A DNA stretch of 64,000 nucleotides from Bacteroidia bacterium (GCA_041675505.1 JBAYTR010000010.1:67895-131894), one strand, 5' to 3'; shown: positions 45,419 through 54,765, counted from the stretch's first letter. Notes: generated by a model from the letters alone, not told the origin. Numbers and translations are program-made.

Positions 45419-46675
45419 TTATAAAATGATTAATTTCTTAGTTATTGAATGATATTGAGATGAGATACGGACAAAATAGATGCCCTGCTGAAGCCCCATC
45501 TCAATGGGAACTTCTCCCTGAGCTGCTAAGTGTTTATGTGAACGTACAATCATTCCCTTGCAGTCAAATATCTGAACAGCAACTTCAGTTTTGAAATTAC
45601 CGTATTTTGCTTTTGCTCCCTTCACCGCTGGATTAGGAAAAACTTCTGCAAATGCCTTTATTGAGATATTAGTTGTTTCTTTTATGCGTGTTATTGTTCC
45701 AGTATCTGAATTAGCACCTGTCAATTTAAACAATCCCTTATTATTAGATGTAACCCAAAGTGTATTATTTTTATCAAATGCACCTTCTATAAACCAACCA
45801 CTTTGGGCTCTTGAGTTTCCAACATTGGTTGCCCACTCTGTGCCATTAAATTTAAAAACATCCCCTGATGCGGCAATAAACCAGACTTTACCTATTTTAT
45901 CTTCAATAATTTTATTTACTCCAAGTAAACCAGTTGCATTTACAGGGCTTTCGGATTTAATAGTGTTTTGATTTACGTCAAAATGTACAATTTTATTTGA
46001 AAAGCACCCTGCCCATATATGTGAGTTTTTATCAGCATGTATGCTAGTCATATCGCTTGGTAAATCCTGGCCGTTTGATAGTTTTAAATACGTAGTAAAA
46101 GATGCCTGATTGAATTTAATCAATGCCTTATATGAGATTAACCACACATTATTATTACGATCAATTGTTAGTCTGGTTACAAAGTTTGTAGGAATTTGAG
46201 AGTTAGAAGTATTGAAAAGTGTAAATGTACCATTGTTAAATTTTCCAATCCCATTTATATCAAACACACACCAAATGTTCCCATTCTTGTCTGCCTGTAT
46301 ATGGAGTATCTTTTGCCCTGGATGCCCTGAATTTGAAGAATTATATTTCTTCCAAACGCTATCTCCATCAAGTTCGAGTAACTCAGCCCCATTTCCAATC
46401 CAAATATGATCATTTGCGTCAACACAAAGTCCTGGGCCCAAGTTTTCATATGGAGAGTTACTGGAATTATAAATTTTTAGACCTCCTGATTTCGTTATTT
46501 TGAATAGTCCTTGCTCTCCTCGTACCCACAAATTATCTTTTGAATCAATTGCGATTTCAGAGAGAAAAGTGTCAACAGAGCTGTATGGGAATTGTTGTAA
46601 ATTTTCCCAAACATATGTTTGACTTTTTGCTGTTATCCAACCAACAGCACAGACTAGGAAAAGAAGCTTCTTCAT
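45419..46675 (-). CDS. T9SS-secreted protein with two-component-regulator-propeller-like repeats
   Basis: 418 aa: signal peptide, repeated ..N(I/L)W(V/I)....G(L/I).KF units, and a Por tail (EVFPNPAVKG...GIYFVRISS). Visibly AT-rich compared with its neighbours. Confidence 0.6.
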   Translation of the reverse strand: MKKLLFLVCAVGWITAKSQTYVWENLQQFPYSSVDTFLSEIAIDSKDNLWVRGEQGLFKITKSGGLKIYNSSNSPYENLGPGLCVDANDHIWIGNGAELLELDGDSVWKKYNSSNSGHPGQKILHIQADKNGNIWCVFDINGIGKFNNGTFTLFNTSNSQIPTNFVTRLTIDRNNNVWLISYKALIKFNQASFTTYLKLSNGQDLPSDMTSIHADKNSHIWAGCFSNKIVHFDVNQNTIKSESPVNATGLLGVNKIIEDKIGKVWFIAASGDVFKFNGTEWATNVGNSRAQSGWFIEGAFDKNNTLWVTSNNKGLFKLTGANSDTGTITRIKETTNISIKAFAEVFPNPAVKGAKAKYGNFKTEVAVQIFDCKGMIVRSHKHLAAQGEVPIEMGLQQGIYFVRISSQYHSITKKLIIL

Positions 46676-46787
46676 ATAATTTAAGTTTTAACAACACAAT
46701 AATAGAGAATGAGGTTTGAATTTTCTCAATTAAAACATATGAGTAAAGCCACAGTAATTAATGTCTGTCAGCTGTTGGTACATGATG

Positions 46788-49289
46788 CTACAACTTAAAC
46801 TGCAACGACAATTTCACGCCAAATTTACTTGCTTTGGGATGATTTAAATAAGACAGGCGATGAACAAAATCAACACGTAAAAGCCGGAAAATATTTTCTA
46901 TGCCATAGCCTACTTCCCAATAAGGCTTCGATTCTAAAGTATAAAAAGCCACTTTCTTCGGGTCACTAAAGAGTGATGTTGGCAACAAATCAATGTTCTC
47001 TTGTCGCATGCCCCCCCATAAAATTTTGCTGTTGGCAAAGGTGCGCCACTTGAGTCTGCGAACAAGCGGAACACGGTTGGTAATTAATCCTTCGAAATAA
47101 TGTTCATAGGTGGCAGCTACATAATGGTCGCTTACAAACTCAAAAAAGCGCATGAGGTTAAACGTTTGGCTGTTGTACAACAACGATTGATTACCCCGGT
47201 GTATTTCCAAAGCAGGATAAGGCAATCGCGAAAAATAGTTGGCTGCATGTACGGTGTATTTCGCATTACCGAATACCCCTAAACCCAGCTTTTGCTCTAC
47301 ATCAACACTCAACCTGTTCATGTCAAAATCACCACCGGCAATACTGCGGTTACCGTAACTCCAGGAAAGGGTCACCTCAGGTCCGCGATCAACACCTAAG
47401 CTGATGCGTTCGTTGTCGTTTTGCAAAAAAGTTTCACCGTAGGCAAAACGAGTTTCCAGAGTGACGTAGTTAAGTGTATAGTTGGTGTGAATACTTGAAG
47501 TACCGGGTGTTTCGGGAGTTCTGTAATACGAGAAATTAAAATCACCTTCAGGGGCAAAGGAGGTGTTTTGCAGTATAATTTTCTGACTGAAGTTTTTATT
47601 CAGGGAGCGCTCCAGCCACACCCTGTTATCCTCTGTCCAGCCAAACCTGCGTATGCCCGTAATGGTGGAAACGGCATTGAATAAATTATCGCCACTGGCA
47701 TCAGGCTTATCTACTATACCCATGGGGTTTAAATCAACCTTTCGGTAGGCTACCAGTTTGGTCCACGGCTTGCGCGACATGATGTATTCGAACTGTCCTG
47801 AATATTTGAAGCGGTTGTCTTGCTCACCATAGGCTACATAACCTTTCATCACGTACTTTCTGCTAAAGTTGGCGTTGGTTTTTCCACCCGCCCTGAAACG
47901 AAAACCTTCCACCATGTTGTAGCCCAAAACATATATGTAAGGCCCTGCATCAACTTTATTAAAACTATAATATCCGTTTACGGCAATGTCAGCTAACTCG
48001 GCTATGGTTTTAAGTGCAGGTACTTTTTTAACAGAGTCCACCATGCTGTAAACATATTTCTCTTCCTGTGTCAGGGAGTCGTGTCGGGCGGTTGCCCAAT
48101 AACTATCCGTGAAGTTCTGTGCTTCTTCATCCACCTCTATTTTCTGGTCATAAAACCTGGGAGGTTTGGGTTGGTTAAGCACGTAGTTTTTGTGTGAGCT
48201 GTAAAAGCGGGCCAGCATACCTGCAGTAGTTTTACTTACCTGTGCTACATCTACCAGTATGCGTGCTTTGCTTTGTACCCAGGGCCCTTCAACGGTAGGC
48301 ATCAGCTCCTGTTGTATTTTTATTTTTTCAATAAAGTTGAGGTTGGCACCTTTGCCAATTTCCAGCACCACACGCTTTAAAGCAAACGAAGTATCGGCTA
48401 CCCAAATGGTACCGGTAAAGGCCAGGTCTTCTTTTCGTTTGGGGTTTACCTGAATCTCATAGCACCAGTGGTTGTCAATCCACATGGTATCACGTAGCGT
48501 ATAGATGTAATACATATTGCCGCTATTGGCAAGGGGTGATACAAAATCTTTATCCAGAATGCGGTTCCAGTTTTCATAAAAATTGTACTGCTGAAAAGTA
48601 GAACCCAGCAATTGTGACACCAGAGATCCGTCTTCTATTCCTACACCACTCAGGTGGGTGGCACGAATGTACTCTTTGATGCGTTTAGGGGAATTGGCAA
48701 AGTAAAAATCAGAAACTGTTTCAGAAACAAAAACGGGTAATAAAGGTTTTCCATCTTCACCGGAGAGTTTTATTACACTATCCATTAATTCTCTTATGGA
48801 ACGGAATATTTTTTTGTTCTTCATTTTCTCCGAGATGTTATCTACGGATATTTCAATGCGGTTAAACGTTTCGCAATTGTAGGCCAATAACTGATCGGGG
48901 TTGTTTTTACTTTTATGATCCAATACCTGCCGCATAATTTTTAATGCCGGATTTTCTCCCGGTTTAACAACCACTTCATTCAGCAGGTAACCGTCTTCTT
49001 CCATTTGAAAATGGATAATTTGTGTTACCCCTGCTTTCACTTTTTTTGTACGGGGTTTGTAGCCTATAAACGTTACGGTTATGCTATCGGCTTTTTGTGA
49101 GGTGCGTATGCGGTAGTTGCCGTCAAAATCAGTGTTTACACCAATGGTAGTGCCTTTAAAGAATACATTGGCAAAGGGAACAGCTTCGCCCGTGCGGGCA
49201 TCGGTTACCTTGCCCGTTACAATGGTTTCCTGTGCAAAGGCAACCAGGCAAAAAAGACTAAAAAAAAGTAGACCGGATAAACGTTTCAC
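46788..49289 (-). CDS. DUF5686-like protein with N-terminal CarboxypepD_reg domain
   Basis: 833 aa with VTGKVTDARTGEAVPFANVFFKGTTIGVNTDFDGNY and a long beta-rich body. Confidence 0.65.
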   Translation of the reverse strand: MKRLSGLLFFSLFCLVAFAQETIVTGKVTDARTGEAVPFANVFFKGTTIGVNTDFDGNYRIRTSQKADSITVTFIGYKPRTKKVKAGVTQIIHFQMEEDGYLLNEVVVKPGENPALKIMRQVLDHKSKNNPDQLLAYNCETFNRIEISVDNISEKMKNKKIFRSIRELMDSVIKLSGEDGKPLLPVFVSETVSDFYFANSPKRIKEYIRATHLSGVGIEDGSLVSQLLGSTFQQYNFYENWNRILDKDFVSPLANSGNMYYIYTLRDTMWIDNHWCYEIQVNPKRKEDLAFTGTIWVADTSFALKRVVLEIGKGANLNFIEKIKIQQELMPTVEGPWVQSKARILVDVAQVSKTTAGMLARFYSSHKNYVLNQPKPPRFYDQKIEVDEEAQNFTDSYWATARHDSLTQEEKYVYSMVDSVKKVPALKTIAELADIAVNGYYSFNKVDAGPYIYVLGYNMVEGFRFRAGGKTNANFSRKYVMKGYVAYGEQDNRFKYSGQFEYIMSRKPWTKLVAYRKVDLNPMGIVDKPDASGDNLFNAVSTITGIRRFGWTEDNRVWLERSLNKNFSQKIILQNTSFAPEGDFNFSYYRTPETPGTSSIHTNYTLNYVTLETRFAYGETFLQNDNERISLGVDRGPEVTLSWSYGNRSIAGGDFDMNRLSVDVEQKLGLGVFGNAKYTVHAANYFSRLPYPALEIHRGNQSLLYNSQTFNLMRFFEFVSDHYVAATYEHYFEGLITNRVPLVRRLKWRTFANSKILWGGMRQENIDLLPTSLFSDPKKVAFYTLESKPYWEVGYGIENIFRLLRVDFVHRLSYLNHPKASKFGVKLSLQFKL

Positions 49290-49295
49290 CTCAGC

Positions 49296-49958
49296 TTATT
49301 TCTTCACTACTTTCATCCACATTTTTAATGGAAACACGGGGCGGCCGTTGCTTTGGGTGCGCACAGCCATCAGCTTATCCAGTACGTCCAGTCCTTCTAC
49401 AATCTCACCAAAAACAGTGTATTGTTTATCGTAAGAAGGGAGCCCGCCAACGGTAGTATAGAGTTCTCGTTGCGCTTCACTGATGGTATCTTTTTTCTGG
49501 CGCTCAATAATGTTGAGTTCTGAAAGCGAAAACTTTCTGCCCTGTACTATAAAAAACTGTGAACCGTTGGATTCTCTGTTGGGGTTTGCTTTATCGCCTA
49601 CCCTTGAGGCTACCAGTGTGCCTTTTTTGAGGTATAGCCCTTCCACAATTTCTGATTCCAGCGTGTAGCCCGGGCCACCGCCACCCAACACGGCATCGTC
49701 ACTTGCTTCGTAGGAGTTGGGGTCTCCGCCCTCAATAATGGAGCCCGGTTTTACCAAATGAAACAACAGTTCATTGTAGTATTTTTGTTTAACCAGCGAA
49801 ATAAAATTGTCGCGGTGTAAAGGTGTTTCATTGTACAGTTTCACTTTCATGTCACCTGAGTCGGTCATGATAAGCACGTACTTGAATTTTTCCTTTTTTT
49901 GTGCCTGAGCAACCGTGCACAGCACCAGTAAGCCGAAGATGAAAAGCAGTTTTCTCAT
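49296..49958 (-). CDS. Cyclophilin-type peptidyl-prolyl cis-trans isomerase (secreted)
   Basis: 220 aa with signal peptide; GSQFFIVQG and HRDNFISLV motifs. Confidence 0.85.
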   Translation of the reverse strand: MRKLLFIFGLLVLCTVAQAQKKEKFKYVLIMTDSGDMKVKLYNETPLHRDNFISLVKQKYYNELLFHLVKPGSIIEGGDPNSYEASDDAVLGGGGPGYTLESEIVEGLYLKKGTLVASRVGDKANPNRESNGSQFFIVQGRKFSLSELNIIERQKKDTISEAQRELYTTVGGLPSYDKQYTVFGEIVEGLDVLDKLMAVRTQSNGRPVFPLKMWMKVVKK

Positions 49959-50353
49959 GGGTTTATCGGTATTTGTTCTTCTTCAAAATAACGCACTATG
50001 TGTTTTTTCAAAAATATTTCCTGACTAAACAAATCGTAAGCCGGCAAAGGTTTCTGTAACTCCCACTGCGGCCAACCGTCCTGATCTAAGGCCGTTAACT
50101 GGTAGTAGCCGGAGTAGCTCAGAATTTTGCAGGTAGCAATGTGCATCAGGTCCATCTTTTCTTCTTTGGTGAACTCGCGCAAAGCACCCAACTCCCGCAT
50201 CCCGATTAAAAACAGTACTGCGTTTAAATCAGGTTTTTTGCGAAACTGCTTCTTCAGTGAAAAAGTAATTTGTATATATTTTTCTTTGGTCTCCTCGTCA
50301 ATGGTTTCAAAGACGCGGTCAAAGTAGTGTTCGTTGCTCATGCTAATCGCCAA
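49955..50353 (-). CDS. Conserved hypothetical protein
   Basis: 132-aa ORF (TTG start); ATG at 50341 (MSNEHYF) is the likelier start. A 4-nt overlap with the downstream PPIase gene suggests coupling. Confidence 0.5.
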   Translation of the reverse strand: MAISMSNEHYFDRVFETIDEETKEKYIQITFSLKKQFRKKPDLNAVLFLIGMRELGALREFTKEEKMDLMHIATCKILSYSGYYQLTALDQDGWPQWELQKPLPAYDLFSQEIFLKKHIVRYFEEEQIPINP

Positions 50354-50392
50354 AGATAGGGAAAATGCAGATTATGCCCTGTTTTTGTGCTC

Positions 50393-50414
50393 ATTTTAGG
50401 GCAAAACAGCGAAA
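50393..50414 (-). promoter_or_regulatory. Compact third copy of the TTTCGCTGTTT..TTGCCC..TAAAAT promoter-region motif
   Basis: The minus strand reads TTTCGCTGTTTTGCCCTAAAAT, about 40-50 nt upstream of the start of the 49955..50353 gene. Confidence 0.4.
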
Positions 50415-50460
50415 GGGACTGCTGAAACGCAGACCAAAACCAATGAAAGGAAGCAGGTGA

Positions 50461-50667
50461 CTACTCTTTTACCTTGCAGGTGCTTATACCGAAAATCTGG
50501 TACAGCGGGCAATAACTGAGCAGGCTGGTTAAGGTAAACACTGCAGCTAAAGCCAGCAGTACCTTGCCTAAAACTCCGTCAACCACACCGGTAAAGTGAA
50601 GCACTACAAAAACGATTGAAACCAGTATACGAATGATACGGTCGGCATTGCTCATGTTTTTTTTCAT
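50461..50667 (-). CDS. DUF2892 (YgaP-like) small membrane protein
   Basis: 68 aa with NADRIIRILVS... and two TM helices ending ..SYCPLYQIFGISTC. Confidence 0.7.
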   Translation of the reverse strand: MKKNMSNADRIIRILVSIVFVVLHFTGVVDGVLGKVLLALAAVFTLTSLLSYCPLYQIFGISTCKVKE

Positions 50668-50677
50668 ATCTGATAAA

Positions 50678-50755
50678 TTAAAAAAGTTGTGCTATACCCA
50701 CAGCTATGGCAATACAAACTATACAAGCCAATATAAAACGAATAACCTTGGGCAT
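50678..50755 (-). CDS. Possible 25-aa hydrophobic micropeptide
   Basis: Hand-found ORF MPKVIRFILACIVCIAIAVGIAQLF*, 10 nt upstream of the DUF2892 start. Below the ORF-track length cutoff. Confidence 0.25.
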   Translation of the reverse strand: MPKVIRFILACIVCIAIAVGIAQLF

Positions 50756-50833
50756 AACCTTTCTTTGTTCAAAGATGAGCATTTTAGGTAAACAGCAAAA
50801 ATGATTTTCATCAGCTAATGAGATGGGTTAGAG

Positions 50834-50891
50834 TGGGCAAAAGGTGTTTCGCTGTTTCGGAAACTTGGTGTATTTTGCCTTTCTAAAATTA
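50834..50891 (+). promoter_or_regulatory. 58-nt promoter-region element, copy A
   Basis: TGGGCAAAAGGTGTTTCGCTGTTTCGGAAACTTGGTGTATTTTGCCTTTCTAAAATTA; 48/58 identical to 51523..51580 by hand alignment. Confidence 0.55.
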
Positions 50892-50893
50892 CG

Positions 50894-50901
50894 TATGTTT
50901 G
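50894..50901 (+). promoter_or_regulatory. Bacteroidota -7 box (TATGTTTG)
   Basis: Exact TAnnTTTG match, 16 nt after the TTTG inside copy A and 37 nt upstream of ATG 50938. Confidence 0.4.
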
Positions 50902-50937
50902 TTATACAGTAATTCACATGATGAGTTTTATAGAATA

Positions 50938-51381
50938 ATGCCAATGGCTTTTAGAATCTGCCTTTCTGTACTGTCTCTTTTCTTCATATACGCATGTGAA
51001 ACAACCACAGACCCTGCTTCCAGAAATGATATTACCATTATTAACTCATTCAATCAGGAGGTAACAATTACCCTGTATGAATCAATGTTTACATTCAAGG
51101 TTAAGCCCGGTAAATCCTACACGTATTATCAGGGAGCAGGTGACGGCCCGCCACCTTTGGATTTTAATGGTTCTGACTCCATTGTTGTAACGTTTGCAGA
51201 TGGCAAGAAGAAAGCAGACTATAACTGTAATGATAGAGCAGTTACTTCTATTATTCAGAATTGTCGCGCAGACACTATCAGCTTATTCAACAGCTTTCGC
51301 TATATCTCGCAAGAGTTAAGTAAACACAACTTCATGAATTATTATACTATTACGCAGGAAGATTATAATGAAGCAAAATAA
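50938..51381 (+). CDS. Hypothetical lipoprotein
   Basis: Likely start MPMAFRICLSVLSLFFIYAC (lipobox) at 50938. No family recognised. Confidence 0.5.
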   Translation: MPMAFRICLSVLSLFFIYACETTTDPASRNDITIINSFNQEVTITLYESMFTFKVKPGKSYTYYQGAGDGPPPLDFNGSDSIVVTFADGKKKADYNCNDRAVTSIIQNCRADTISLFNSFRYISQELSKHNFMNYYTITQEDYNEAK

Positions 51382-51401
51382 TTAAGAGGTTCCAAACAGT
51401 C

Positions 51402-51423
51402 AGGGAGGATATTCATCCTCCCT
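51402..51423. promoter_or_regulatory. Perfect 9-bp palindrome AGGGAGGAT-ATTC-ATCCTCCCT
   Basis: Lies 21 nt after the stop at 51381 and has no U-tract. Shares the core AGGATATTYATCCT with 51461..51478. Confidence 0.4.
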
Positions 51424-51460
51424 TCTTCCAAGAAACACTCCACAAAGCAATACACCTCTC

Positions 51461-51478
51461 GCAGGATATTTATCCTGC
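51461..51478. promoter_or_regulatory. Palindrome GCAGGATA-TT-TATCCTGC
   Basis: Second copy of the AGGATATTYATCCT core, 45 nt upstream of element copy B. Confidence 0.35.
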
Positions 51479-51522
51479 AAGCACAATTCAATTAGAACCT
51501 AACAGCAGCCAGTAACAAGGCC

Positions 51523-51580
51523 TGGGCAAAACGCATTTCGCTGTTTCGCACATTTACCGTATTTTGCCCTTCTAAAATTA
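51523..51580 (+). promoter_or_regulatory. 58-nt promoter-region element, copy B
   Basis: TGGGCAAAACGCATTTCGCTGTTTCGCACATTTACCGTATTTTGCCCTTCTAAAATTA, ending 11 nt before ATG 51592. Confidence 0.55.
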
Positions 51581-51591
51581 TATTTTAACAC

Positions 51592-54030
51592 ATGAAGTTT
51601 TTTGTTTCCCTTTTCGCCATGCTGGCAGTTGTTCAACTGCAGGCACAAACGCTTACCACCCACAACTGTTATGTACGCGACCCCAATGCCAGTCCGCGGG
51701 AGCACAACATTGACATCGAGCGTCAAAAACTGGAGGTAGAGTTTGAACCCGCCAAGGGTTTGGTAAAGGGCAAAGTAACCCACAGCTTTACCGTTATTCA
51801 AAAGCAAGTGGATTCTATATTTTTTGATGGTCCCGGCATTCGTATCCAAGAGGCATCTATAGATGCTCAAACCCTTCGTTACAAAACCAATGCGGAGGGT
51901 GTGTGGGTATATCCGGCCAAAACACTGAACTGGGATGAGAAACATTTTATCACCTTTGTGTACGAGTGTAACCCGCGCAAAGGCATTTATTTCATCGGCT
52001 GGCACAACGATAACAGCAACAAGGGAGACGCCTTTAACCGCACCCGCAACCAGATATGGACACAGGGGCAGGGTATTGATAACCGCCACTGGATACCCAG
52101 CTACGATACACCCAACGACAAAATGCTTACCGAGGTGTTGGTTAAGTTTGATAAGGAGTATCAGGTATTAAGCAACGGAACGGCTTTAGGCATTAAAGAC
52201 AACAAAGACGGCACAAAAACCTGGCACTACAGCATGACCCGCCCGCATGCGAGTTACCTGCTCATGTTGGGCATTGGTAAATATGCGGTGAAATCAACTA
52301 AAAGCACGGCCAGCAAAACACCGGTGCATTTTTGGTACTACCCTGAGTTCAAAGAAAAAGTAGAACTCACCTCCGTTTACACCGAGCGTATGGTAGATTT
52401 TATGGAGAACGAAACCGGCATGAAATACCCTTGGGAAAGTTACTCGCAAATTATGGTGCAGGAGTTTTTATACGGTGCCATGGAAAACACCACGGCTACC
52501 ATTTTCGGAGACTTTATGGCCGTTGACCAACGCCAGTTCATTGATAAAAACTACATTGGTGTTAACTGCCATGAGTTTGTACACCAGTGGTTCGGAGATT
52601 TTATCACCGCCCGTACCTACAACGATACTTGGTTGCAGGAGAGTTATGCTACCTATTATCCCAAAAAGTTTTTCCGCCAGTTGTATGGTGATGAACACTA
52701 TGAATGGCAAAAGCGCGGAGAACAAAATTCCGCTTTAGATGCATCCAAAAAAGACCGTTTGGCCGTTGGTCATTCCAATGGCGGTACTGCACGTGTGTAT
52801 CCTAAAGGTTCATTTGTAATTGGCATGCTCAACTATGTGCTGGGCGAAGAACAATACAAAAGGGGATTAAACCATTACCTCAAAAACCACGCATACGGCA
52901 ATGTACAAACCAACGACCTGATGATGGCCTTTCACGATAAGCTGGGCATTACCCTCGATTGGTTTTTTGACCAGTGGATATACCGTGGTGCAGAGCCACA
53001 CTATGAGGTAAATTATCAGGATATAAAAGGCAGCAGCCGTTACACACAAATTCAGGTAAAACAAATTCAACAGGTAGATGAAGTGGTGGGCTACTTTAAA
53101 ATGCCGGTGGTTTTTGAAGTGAACTATACTGACGGTTCAAAGGAAAGTGTTAAAGAGTGGGTGCAGGGTAACGCTACCACCGTTCAAGTTCCCAACAAGA
53201 ACAACAAAGAAATTGCTTTTGTATTGTTCGATCCCGGGAATGAAATTTTGAGACAGCTCACCTTTAAAAAATCAACAGAGGAATTAAAGGCACAAGCCCT
53301 AAAAGCCGCACACATGATTGACCGCTACGATGCCTTGTTGGGTTTGCGCGAGGTAAGCATCGAGGAGAAGCGTCAAACATTGGTAGAGGTATTTAACAAA
53401 GAAACTTTCCATGCCACACGTAATGAAGTTATCAGCCAACTGGCGAAAGACAAGGATGGAAGGAGCTTGGAAATACTGCGCAAAGCATTTTCGGATAAAG
53501 ACGTGAATGTGCGTCAGGCGGCAGTTAATGCAGTGGATGCACAAGGTGAGTGGGTAGAGTATTTTAAGAAGTCGCTGACCGATTCTTCTTACAACATTAT
53601 CAGAACAGCCTTAACCAAACTAGGCGAACAACAACCCGCTGAAATAAATGCGTGGTTACAAACCACCGACAACCTTTACGGGCACAACCACGACCTGCGC
53701 ATCAAGTGGCTGGAGTTGGCCATTCGCAGCGGCAAGGACAACTACAAAGAGGAACTCATAGGCTACAGTAGCCGTCAGTTTGAGTTCAGAACACGTAATG
53801 CCTGCTTTACTGCACTTAAATCACTTAACCTGTTTAATGAGCAGGTGGCAAATAATTTACTAAATGCCGCCATGAGTCCAAACGGAAGATTAAAAGGCCC
53901 TGCCGTGGAAACCCTACAGTACTTTATGCAGCAATCGGGTGCTATGGGTACACTAAAACAACATTACAACAAAGCCGATTATTCAGCAGAACAAAAAGAC
54001 CTGATTAAGAAAGCCGGTATTAATCTCTGA
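51592..54030 (+). CDS. M1-family zinc aminopeptidase (aminopeptidase N-like) with HEAT-like C-terminal repeats
   Basis: 812 aa with signal peptide, GAMEN exopeptidase motif, and HEFVHQWFGD...WLQESYA (HExxH-x18-E). Confidence 0.85.
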   Translation: MKFFVSLFAMLAVVQLQAQTLTTHNCYVRDPNASPREHNIDIERQKLEVEFEPAKGLVKGKVTHSFTVIQKQVDSIFFDGPGIRIQEASIDAQTLRYKTNAEGVWVYPAKTLNWDEKHFITFVYECNPRKGIYFIGWHNDNSNKGDAFNRTRNQIWTQGQGIDNRHWIPSYDTPNDKMLTEVLVKFDKEYQVLSNGTALGIKDNKDGTKTWHYSMTRPHASYLLMLGIGKYAVKSTKSTASKTPVHFWYYPEFKEKVELTSVYTERMVDFMENETGMKYPWESYSQIMVQEFLYGAMENTTATIFGDFMAVDQRQFIDKNYIGVNCHEFVHQWFGDFITARTYNDTWLQESYATYYPKKFFRQLYGDEHYEWQKRGEQNSALDASKKDRLAVGHSNGGTARVYPKGSFVIGMLNYVLGEEQYKRGLNHYLKNHAYGNVQTNDLMMAFHDKLGITLDWFFDQWIYRGAEPHYEVNYQDIKGSSRYTQIQVKQIQQVDEVVGYFKMPVVFEVNYTDGSKESVKEWVQGNATTVQVPNKNNKEIAFVLFDPGNEILRQLTFKKSTEELKAQALKAAHMIDRYDALLGLREVSIEEKRQTLVEVFNKETFHATRNEVISQLAKDKDGRSLEILRKAFSDKDVNVRQAAVNAVDAQGEWVEYFKKSLTDSSYNIIRTALTKLGEQQPAEINAWLQTTDNLYGHNHDLRIKWLELAIRSGKDNYKEELIGYSSRQFEFRTRNACFTALKSLNLFNEQVANNLLNAAMSPNGRLKGPAVETLQYFMQQSGAMGTLKQHYNKADYSAEQKDLIKKAGINL

Positions 54031-54037
54031 TAACACC

Positions 54038-54727
54038 ATGAAAAAAAACTGTGCACTATTCATCATCAGCCTGCTTGCTGCTTTGCCGTTAAAGGCGCAG
54101 GTGAGCAAATACAGGTCTGAAGGCTGGGAGTTGATTCATTCGTTTTCCGAGTATAATGTTGCCGGTAAGCGGGTTGACAATCGTTTGCGATTCTCAGCAT
54201 TTTTTCACGTTAACCAACGCAGGCACTTTGATTTTGGCAAATCCTTCGGAGTGTTTACAGGTTTTGCGGTGCGCAACGTAGGCTTTATTGCCCGTGAAAG
54301 CGATAGCCTTACCGTTAAACGAAGGGTATATACCATGGGCGTTCCGCTGGCTTTTAAGGTGGGCAACATGAGTAAGATGATTTTCTTTTATGCCGGTGGA
54401 GAGGCTGAACTGGCGCTAAACTACAAAGAAAAACACTTTGTTGACGGCAGCAAAGAGAAGAAGTTCAATGAGTGGTTCAGTGAACGTACCCCGTTGTTTA
54501 TGCCCTCGGTTTTCGCAGGGTTTCAGAACAAGAAGGGGTTCAACCTGTGTTTTAAATACTATTTGAATAATTTCTTCAATACCGGCTACAGCCATAGCGG
54601 GGTAAAACCCTATACACTTTCGAAGGCCAATGTGTTTTACGTGTCGGCTTCGTACAGTCGTAAGAACCGCAAAAGCGCACGGACAAAGGACAAAACAACG
54701 GTTAATCCCGTTACATTGGCCCGCTGA
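54038..54727 (+). CDS. Hypothetical outer-membrane beta-barrel-like protein
   Basis: 229 aa with signal peptide MKKNCALFIISLLAALPLKAQ and an alternating beta-strand-like pattern. No family recognised. Confidence 0.45.
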   Translation: MKKNCALFIISLLAALPLKAQVSKYRSEGWELIHSFSEYNVAGKRVDNRLRFSAFFHVNQRRHFDFGKSFGVFTGFAVRNVGFIARESDSLTVKRRVYTMGVPLAFKVGNMSKMIFFYAGGEAELALNYKEKHFVDGSKEKKFNEWFSERTPLFMPSVFAGFQNKKGFNLCFKYYLNNFFNTGYSHSGVKPYTLSKANVFYVSASYSRKNRKSARTKDKTTVNPVTLAR

Positions 54728-54757
54728 AAACGCCTCTTGTTTTTTGCCTGAAAAGCG

Positions 54758-54765
54758 TATTTTTG
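54758..54765 (+). promoter_or_regulatory. Bacteroidota -7 box (TATTTTTG)
   Basis: Exact TAnnTTTG match 47 nt upstream of the metK ATG. Confidence 0.4.

Noticed and set aside
51499-52089. 196-aa minus-strand ORF overlapping the start of the M1 aminopeptidase gene
   Set aside because: It is antisense to a strongly supported gene (GAMEN and HExxH-E motifs). Its sequence is low-complexity with no motifs. It is most likely a shadow ORF.
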